From the human T2T-CHM13v2.0 reference genome, Homo sapiens: a stretch of DNA of 64,000 nucleotides. Below are positions 55,401 to 64,000 of the stretch, one piece after another (position 1 is the stretch's first letter; each line of letters opens with the position of its first letter). Both the position numbers and the translations under genes were made by a program. The DNA lies in assembly GCF_009914755.1 (NCBI RefSeq), contig NC_060932.1; one strand, given 5' to 3'. Under the pieces are notes generated by a model. The model saw only the letters and a program-made list of their open reading frames with translations, did not search any database and was not told the origin of the DNA.

Positions 55401-58400
55401 TTCTCAGCATCCATTCCCCCCTCCCCTCCACTTAGGTCTGAGACAGGAATGCTAGAAGGGTTGGAGTTGAATGTTTCTCTTACCTCACTTCAGTTAGGCC
55501 CTTGTAATTTCCCTTAAGGGAAGGAGGACCAGAATGCTCTGGACTTATATCACAATGGTTATTTTTCTCCACCTTCTGCCAGGAGCATGAAGAGACTATT
55601 CTCCAGTATTCACAGTGAGAACTTGGTGGGCATCCTGGAGGTAAAACACAAAAGTGTGAAGACCTCCTGAGACTGAGCACCCAAGAGTTTTAAACTGTCA
55701 AGTTTGTCTACACTGAGTCTCAACAATTCATGAATTATTACATGTTTGTATGTTGCTAAAAATACTGGCTTCATCTGTGGTCCTCTGAACCTGGGCTTTA
55801 GTTTCTAGAATTGAGAATAAATTGTGATTATCTGTCTTTAACTGTCTGTCTCTTTTCAGGACAGCACTTTGCTGTGACTTCAATTCTGTCATGGATCTGA
55901 GAAGATTTATTTTCAGTTTGTTTAGTTTTCTCATTGATGAGAAGATGGGAGGGATTATCCCAAACTTTACTTGTTGAAGTGAAAACCAGAAGTTATGCTA
56001 AATGTTAAAGTAGATAATAAGCAAAAAAAAAAAAAAAAAAAAAAAAATTAGCTTGGATATAGAGCCCTTCTTCAGAGAAGATCAGGAAAGGAAGAACATT
56101 TATTTCTTTCTCTGCAAAAATATAAGTTTTGTTGTTAGCAAGGAAACAGTCAATTATCAAACTTTAGAATCTTGACATAAAAGTGAGTTAGCACATGTGA
56201 GAATCTGTAAACTAGACATAACTAACTCTAATGCTTTTCTTTAAAGACACAAACAACATGCTTTCTACGTGTATAAGTCACAGTGAAGAAGGAGCTTTTC
56301 TTTATGGTATCACTGTTGTTGCCCAGCCCATCTCTGTATCTCTTACTTGTATGGTGAGGAAGTACTCAGTGACAGCTCAGGTATTCCCCAATTCTGCTCT
56401 TCTTCCACATAAAAAACTTTGATGAAGTCAAATTTTGGTTTGAAGGTCTTGATGACCACCCTGTGGGAGGCTGTAGGGTATTCTCAAGCTCTCTGACATC
56501 TCACACTCCCAGCCTCAGGTGTTTCTTCCCTTGGACACCAGGATCCTTGACTCTGGTCTTACTCTCCCTTAGTCACAAGTCTCCTCATCTCATAGTTTCC
56601 CATGACGGTTCTTGCTGGACATCCTCAAGGATCTCTGTCAAACTGACAATAATTAGAGGCAATCTCAGAATTACGCATGTGCCAATCTGGATTGCAACAT
56701 TTTAATTCCAGGTGTCAGGTTTCCAACAATCAAGGAGAAAAATGACCATAATCCATTGACAATTCCTCTCCCACACTCAGTCAAAAATGGTCCAGATCAC
56801 AGTCCTACATGCTGGAATTATTTCCTCTGCTTCTCTCTCACCCCACCTTGGCCAAAGATTTTCTAGCAAGATCTGAATTTTAATCCATCTCTCTTCGCCT
56901 GTGTGTCCCGACTAATTTGGCAGAAGGAATTCTTTCTTAAAACCTTGCCATTTAATTCACAAATGGAAATGTGAAGGGTCAATAGGTATGTGAAGAACCT
57001 ATTCACCCGTATTCACTGGGAATCAGAGAAGTGAAAATGAAAAGAACACTGAGCTATCATCTTAGATACACAAAACTGTCAAACATTTGAAGGTGGCTAA
57101 CACCAAATGTCAATCAGGATATGAGGAAAGTAGGAATTCTTCTATACAAGAGGACAGAAATCTGGCAGTGCCAAAAGAAAAAGTACATCTATGATCTGCC
57201 CCTCCGCAGATCCCATTCCTAATACATATATCCCAGCGAGTTCTGCTAATCTGCAGAGGATGTCTAGAAACGCATTCATCACATCAGTGTTTATAATAAC
57301 CAGGAGTAGGAGGCAATCAAATGTCCTTCACAAGTGGAACTGGTAAGTTAAAGAGACTTAGGTTGGGTTTCTCTAAAACCAGGCCACAAGACAAAGATTT
57401 GTATTCCAGTGGCTTATTTTGATTTAGGAGATGATTTAAGGAATCACCAGTGCGGGAGTATAACAGTGAACCCAAGACACCTTGAGATCAATAAAAAGGT
57501 GCATTGTTGGCAGGCTGCCTGCAAAGAAAGGGAGCATAATCCCAGTAGACAACACCAGGAGGCAGTTTTGTACATGCCTAAGAGTAATCCCACCTTAGCA
57601 TGTAGAACACAAGGATATTTAGTCTCCAGTTCCCATCATGTGGGCTGAGTGGTGGTCCCAGGTGCTTTAATTTGTAGTCCATCTGCCCAAGCACAGGCCA
57701 AAAGAAAGCCTTCCCACAGAGAGTCCCGAGTTCATGTGGCAGCATGCCAGAGGTATGTACTGGAACAGTAGGTGCTAAAGGCAACAATTACATCATGAAA
57801 ACTGCACATCTCACTCATATGTGGAATCTAAAAGTAATTTAGCTCATAGAAGTTAAGAGTAGAATAGTTAGAGTAGTAGAAAGTTAAGAGTTGTTACTGG
57901 AGAGAAAAGAGGGTATGGAAGCTAGAAAAAAAGCTAGAAGGAAGGATTTTGAATGTTCTCATGACAAAGAGATGATAAATGTTTGAGGTGACAGACATGC
58001 TAATTACCATGATTTGATCTTTACACAATGTCTGCATGTATCAGAACATCACACACTACCAAATAAATATATACAATTGTTATGTGTCAAAAAACATTAT
58101 ATACAATGTTTATATTTTATATTAATATTAATGTAAATAAAAATTTACACAAATCTTTTCATTAAATATGGTGTGGATAATTATATTATCTGATGATACC
58201 CATGCCACAGGCTAGGAGAAATAAAAATTTACATTAATGTTAATGTCAATTAAAAAAGCAGAAACAAAGCCATATGATACATGTGACACTTATACCACAT
58301 GCATAGAGTTATTTCAGACACATTGTGTGTTACCTTTGGGTAGAGAAGTGAATGAGAGTGAGGATGAGAGATGAAAAGAGGCAGAAGAAAAAGAGAGGCC

Positions 58401-58771
58401 TTATAGGAAGTGATGAAAGTGTGCCATAAACTGAGAGTATGACTAAAACCTTTCATCTTCCTCTTCTGCCGCTTCTAAGTTATTGGTTCTGCTGTTCCTT
58501 GACCTGTTTCAAGCTCTCACCTTCTATATCACACATGGGAAGTCTGGCATCAGACTTCCAGAGAGCAAGAACTAGGTGAAATACAAGGGCACAGCTCTCC
58601 TAGCCTGTGGCATGGGTATCATCAGATAATATAATTATCCACACCATTTTTAACGAAAAGATTTGCGTAAGAGATTCACAGAGGCAACCTGAGGCCCTGC
58701 AACTACATTTCCCAGAGATCCCTGAGGTGATCCTAACTAGACTCTGGTGTCAGGGTGATACGGAATTCCAG

Positions 58772-58872
58772 TGAGATCACTTCCCTTGCAGACTTTGGAA
58801 GGGAGAGCACTTTATTACAGACCTTGGAAGCAAGAGGATTGCATTCAGCCTAGTTCCTGGTTGCTGGCCAAA
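58772..58872 (+). other. NAT2: NAT2 exon 1 (non-coding 5'UTR exon); intron continues past the window end
   Basis: tgagatcacttcccttgcagactttggaagggagagcactttattacagaccttggaagcaagaggattgcattcagcctagttcctggttgctggccaaa matches the recalled NAT2 mRNA 5' end; donor aaa|gtaagt at 58873; downstream of NATP as in the 8p22 order NAT1-NATP-NAT2. Confidence 0.93.
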
Positions 58873-59710
58873 GTAAGTAGAACTTTGTAAGTAATTTGCA
58901 GTGTACTTTGAAAGTGGGGTATAAATTAAAAATAAAATCAAGTCCCCCTACTGACTGAATGGATCCCCTCTTGTCCTAGGCGACCCCAGAGAAACCTGGA
59001 AAACTAAATTCCAGGCCATAATGGAAAGGGAGGTCAGACACGCCTCATTATACACACTCCCTTTTGGAGTTCAGGCACAACTGACCAGCATTAACATTGA
59101 AACAGTGATCATAAGACTGTCAAAATGGACTGTTTGTGGGAATAAGATACCAAATTCCAATCTGACTCTGGTTTAGCATCACATGACAATAGCAGACCCT
59201 GAAGGAAATCAATATATTTAATCCCCAAAATATATTTCTTTGACACATATTGAAATGGTCTTGCAAAACCATCTTTTATGGGGAAATTTGCTGGTTTCTG
59301 GCTCTGCTCTGATTGAGGAGAGAATAAATGAGAGTCTGACACCTTAAAAATCTGAAAAGAGATATTTACCATCTGTTTTCTCTAAGGCTGCTAGCTGGAG
59401 GTTTCATCTACATGACATAAACCATGGTTCCCATAAGCCCTTTTAACTCAAGCATTTAATTGTACTGACCGCAAGTCTTTAGACAAAACTTAACTCTTCA
59501 ACAAATTGCCAATCACAAAATCTTTGAATCCACCTTTGTCCTGTAAGCTCTCCTACTTCAATATGTCTGATTTTCAGGCAGAGCCAATGTATACCTTATG
59601 TGGGGGCCATAGGCTGTTGGCCCCCTAAAGCTTCACTAAAAGTCACTGTCATGTGACAGGTTGATTAACAGGGGAAAGGGAGTACAAATTTATTTAATGT
59701 ATATACATGG

Positions 59711-60228
59711 TCTATTAGCCAGGACCCTTTAGAGGGCCAGAACTAATAGGATAGATGTATACATAAAGGGGAGTTTATTAAGGAGTAGTGAGTCACATGA
59801 TCACAAGGTGACGTCCCACAGTAGGCCGTCTGCAAGCTGAGGAGCAAGGAAGCCAGTCCGAGTCCCAAAACCTCAAAAGTAGGGAAGCCGACAGTGCAGC
59901 CTTCAGTCTGTGGTCAAAGGTCCAGGAGTCCAAAGGCTGAAGAACTTGGAGTTTGATGTTTGAGGGCAGGAAGCATCCAGCACAGGAGAAAGATGTAGGC
60001 TGGGAGACTAAGCCAGTCTAGTCTTTCCACATTCTTCTGCCTACTTTCATTCTGGCTGTGCTGGCAGCTGATTAGATGGTGCCCACCCGGATTGAGGGTG
60101 GGCCTCCCTTTCTCAGTCCACTGATTCAAATGTTAATTTCCTTTGGCAACACCCTCACAGACACACCCAGGAACAATACTTTGAATCCTTCAATCCAATC
60201 AAGTTGACACTCAATATTAACCACCACA
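59711..60228 (-). mobile_element. MLT2A (HERV-L) solo LTR
   Basis: Minus strand starts tgtggtggttaatattgagtgtcaacttgattggattgaagg; TSD catgg/cttgg; empty site in the NATP paralog at ~28740. Confidence 0.9.
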
Positions 60229-61468
60229 CTTGGGAAACTTGAGAATGAAGACCCAACTTCCCAGTAAGTTACAGAAACTCATGTATTATTCCGAGGCCAC
60301 AGTAAAGAGTGGAGACTCAAAGCATGGCCAGAAACAGGTAAATTAGTTTTAGTGGCAACACAGGTTAAGAGAGAGAGGAAGGAAGAAGCTCGGCTAGCAA
60401 AGGTGGCCTTGTTATGTAGACGAACCTTTTCTCAGAAGCAAAAGATGGTAAATGTTTCTATCCAGATCTTTAAAGGTGTCAGACTCTCAATCGCTCTGGA
60501 TCCTGGGAAAGGCTTAGAAACAGGAGAGGGTATGGCTGCATTAATGGACATTGTCCACAGACGCAAATTTTCCTCAGTTAAGACAGTTTTGCAATGCCAC
60601 TTCTGCTTTTTGGCCAGTGGAAACCATTTTTAAATATGTCAAAGAAATATATTTGAGGGTAAAATATTTTGATTTTCTTCAGTCCCCACTTTGAAATTTA
60701 AAACAAGTTTCACATACTAAAAGCCAAGGTAATAGCTTTGGGGAGATTTAAGTTAGAGGTGTTTAGATAGAGACAGTCATAGCAGTGGAAAAACACATTT
60801 GGGATAAATATAAATGAGCAAATTTAAATATATCATTCCATATTTTCTTTAGGCAGTCCCTTGGTTTTGAGGTGAGATCAGTTCAGTTAAATATCTACGT
60901 CCCATTCCAGGAGGTGGGACTGCAAATGGTTTAGGCCTCTAGACGTAATGTAGGCAATCAGATTTCTAGTAGGAGGCATTTCTGTAGAAACAGAAAAAAA
61001 TAAATAAATAAATGTTACTATCTGGAGTAGTCTATATATCTAGAAAAGCTAGTCTATAGCTTTTTCTCTGAGGCGTCTTCATATTGCAGTGGCAATGTCC
61101 CAGATTTCCCTGGAAGTTCAAACCAGGTGTTCCACTGAACTTTCTGAGAAGGCCTCGCATCAGCAGATATGCATGAAGGTTGTTTATAAGTTACTGTTAT
61201 TTTCTCCTGATACCTTCAGTTTGCAAGACTTTAAGAAAACCCCAGTTTTAATTTCTAGTGAATTCAAGTAAGAAAAATGGGAGAAAACGTTGAAAATGTT
61301 ACTTTGCAGACTTGTAGCCAGAAAAAAATTCAGGATTTGGTCTAACTTGTAAAAAATAATAAAAACTGAAAAAACAATGGGCAAGGCTAGAAGATACTAA
61401 CAGATACACTATAGTTTTTGAAACATAGTATTTCTGCTTCCAGTTCTTCAATTTTATGAAAGACATAG

Positions 61469-61878
61469 TTTCATGCACATCCGTGTGAAGAGACCACCAA
61501 ACAGACTCTGTGTGAGCAACATGGCTATTTATTTCACCTGGGTGCAGGCGGGCTGAGTCCTAAAAGAGAGTCAGGGAAGGGAGATAAGGGTGGGGCCGTT
61601 TTATAGGATTTGGATAGATAAAAGAAAAGTACAGTCAAAGGGGGGTTGTTCTCTGGCAGGCAGAGTGGGGGTCACAAGGTGCTCAGTAGGGGAGCTATTG
61701 AGCCAGGATGAGCCAGGAGAAGGAATTTCACAAGACAGTGTCATCAGTTAAGGCAGGAACAGGCCATTTTCCCATCTTTTGTGGTGGAATGTCATCAGTA
61801 AGGCAGGAACCGGCCATCTGGATGTATACATGCAGGTCACGGGATATGATGGCTTAGCTTAGGCTCAGAGGCCTGACA
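61469..61878 (-). mobile_element. HERV-H solo LTR (LTR7B-like)
   Basis: tttcatgcacatccgtgtgaagagaccacc...ggctcagaggcctgaca; U3 variant ttccttctcctggctcatcctggctc; TSD catag/cacag. Confidence 0.92.
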
Positions 61879-63949
61879 CACAGTAGAACTGATTTATTTG
61901 CAAAATAAGTTTTGTTACTATACTTGGTCTGATTTTTTGCATAAAGGGCAGCAAGAATAATTATTTACTATATAGGCTCCTTTTTAAAAAATGGCTTTGC
62001 TGGAACATTCTTTTTTATAAAGAATCTCATATTAGACCTCTTAAAAGCATCCTGAGCCCAACCAAGGATTTATCTGTTTCTACGACATACCTGTATGAAT
62101 TAAGTGAATTCTCTCTCAAGGTCCCAAAATAAGTTGGGGTTCCTGGGCCTGTCAGAATGTGACCTTTTACCCATTACAGGCCAGAAACCTGTAAAGGAAC
62201 CTGTAAAGGAACTGCATAGACAAGCTGTGAGGCCAGTTTTATCCACAGGGCTATTATCAGCTTTATAAAGTCCCAATATCAATTTCTTAAAAATAGGGCA
62301 TTCCAGTCAAATCCTTGATTTTTGTCTCCACTTGTGGCCTGTTACAAAACAAAACAGATTCTAACTGAATTTATGCAAATAATTATATTCCCATAAATTA
62401 GCAATAATCACTAAGAGTTTCCAAATTTCAGAGAAATCAGGCAGATAGAGGGAAATATGCTTCAAATTTTGCTCACAAGAGTATACTTTACACAAATATT
62501 AAAAGCTGTAAATGTCTAAAAAGAAAAAAATTTTGACTCTGAAAAACAAAAGTGGCAATGTTTCAACAAAACCCATAAAAAGATTATTTCAGTCTTCTAT
62601 TATTTCAGTCCATGCAATTAACTCCTATTCTGTTAGATATTGGGTGAGCAATCTTCATGAACATATTAGTTCTCCATGAGAGTCCTGGGAGTTTTTTTTC
62701 TCTATACCAGTGGCACAATCTCCAAAGTTATCATAAAGCTTCATTCAAAAGCACCCCTTAGAGTCCTACAGCTAATTGCAAACCACCTTTTTAAAAGCAC
62801 CAAAGTAGAACAACTGTCAATGACAGAAGTCTTAGGACAGCCATGGTCAAGGACACACTTAACAAGGAAATTTGGTTATTTCTGTGGCATATAACAATTT
62901 AACATAATAATTATAAATACTAATAACATATATAAAGACATCAGAATGATAGGAATATCACGCAATGTTGAAAAACATACTAGTAACAGGTTTAATATAA
63001 ATGTAGAACAAATAAAGTTGAACACCATTTCATATTTGACAATGTTTCCTATATGATTTTAACATGCCAAATACACCGAATATGTCTGTTTTTGGCTTCA
63101 GGGGACTTAATATCAAAAAAGATAATGAGGTCAACAAGACTGAATTTAGAATTTGATTTTGGAAAGTTTGATTTTCTTCAGTCCCCACTTTGAAACTTAA
63201 AACAAGTTTCATATATTAAAAGCCAAGGTAATAGCTTTGGAGAGATTTGGGTTACGGGTATTTAGATAGAGACAGATATTGTGGTGGAAAAACAAATTAC
63301 AATCACCAAACAGGTCATTGTAAATAAGTCATTCATTTAGGCAAAGTGATAACTCAAAGATTTCAAAAAGTAAAAACCTTCACTCTTTGAGAGAGAGGAC
63401 TCACTTTCACAAACAATAAGACGTAATAAAGACAGCATGAGGCCAACTAAATTTGTCTCTCTTCCCCAACCCATCTTTTTTTTTTTTTTTTTGCAGTTTT
63501 CTCAAAAGGTAAGCAAAAATCTTTCACTATCTCTTAATATTAAAAGAAAATCTTATTCAAAGGAAATCTAAATTTTACCATTGCATAGCTTATTATTAAT
63601 GCTAAAGTTAGCATTAATAAAATCTTACAAACAAATCTATTTAATTAGTTGTAACACAAGGTAGAGATTTTTATAAATCTTTTACAACATTTTATAATTT
63701 TCCATAAAAGAGCAGATTAGTATTCTAATAAAACCCTGATATTTTGACATAAGGGCCTAGATTCTGGCCCTGAATTAGTATGCTTTTTATTTTAAGGTTT
63801 AATTTATGCAAAAACTAAATAATCCCTTTCAAATTTTAGCCAGCTGGCTTATATATAGAATTCCTTTTACAAGATCAATGATCAATCTTTCATAAACCTT
63901 TAGTTTTGTCCACATTTTTAACTTAAAACAATCTTTAAAATCTAAAAAA

Positions 63950-64000
63950 TTTTTTTTTGTTCTTTTGAGACCGAATCTCACTCTGTCAGCCAGGCTGGAG
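63950..64000 (-). mobile_element. Alu 3' end (truncated by window edge)
   Basis: T tract, then gagaccgaatctcactctgtcagccaggctggag. Confidence 0.9.

Larger units (their letters stand above)
55300..62350 (+). repeat. Paralogous block, NAT2 copy (upstream region, exon 1, proximal intron)
   Basis: Colinear with 24045-30350; shared old L1, MLT1, L1MA 3' fragment, exon 1 and ERV1 segments. Confidence 0.92.
58920..63945. mobile_element. MER4-group ERV1 LTR(s) and internal sequence in NAT2 intron 1
   Basis: + LTR-like 58920-59600; - LTR starting at ~60682 after a PPT (minus strand aaagtgggga-c-tgaagaaaatc); AT-rich internal sequence to ~63945. Confidence 0.65.

Noticed and set aside
56023-56047. 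Poly(A) as the tail of a retrocopy
   Set aside because: The paralogous site (~24773) has only a short A run with matching flanks, so it is a local expansion.
58873-64000. NAT2 coding sequence
   Set aside because: No NAT-like codons here; the single NAT2 coding exon lies about 8-9 kb after exon 1, outside the window.

Overview
Human-like (great ape) genomic DNA, recognisable as the arylamine N-acetyltransferase cluster on 8p22 between NAT1 and NAT2. No intact protein-coding CDS lies in the window. It holds the NATP pseudogene, an unprocessed duplicate with a relic non-coding first exon at ~27.75-27.89 kb and a broken coding exon at 38124-39001. It also holds NAT2 non-coding exon 1 (58772-58872) and the start of its intron; the NAT2 coding exon lies beyond the right edge. 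There are two retrocopies on the minus strand: a full-length RPL10A copy (50745-51466) and a diverged, 5'-truncated SURF6 copy (~54220-55299). The SURF6 copy is now a CpG island ~3.5 kb upstream of NAT2 exon 1. The NATP and NAT2 upstream and first-intron regions are paralogous (~24045-30350 vs ~55300-62350) and share a 233-bp perfectly identical tract. The rest is mostly L1, Alu, MaLR/ERVL and ERV1 sequence. The best lead is the SURF6 retrocopy as a possibly unmethylated, promoter-like island with a candidate sense-strand exon for NAT2. Also notable: a 30-bp repeat architecture in the NAT first exons, and independent embryo-type LTR insertions (LTR7, MLT2A) in the first introns. Gene and repeat identities come from recalled reference sequences, not database searches; repeat subfamilies and most repeat boundaries are approximate.
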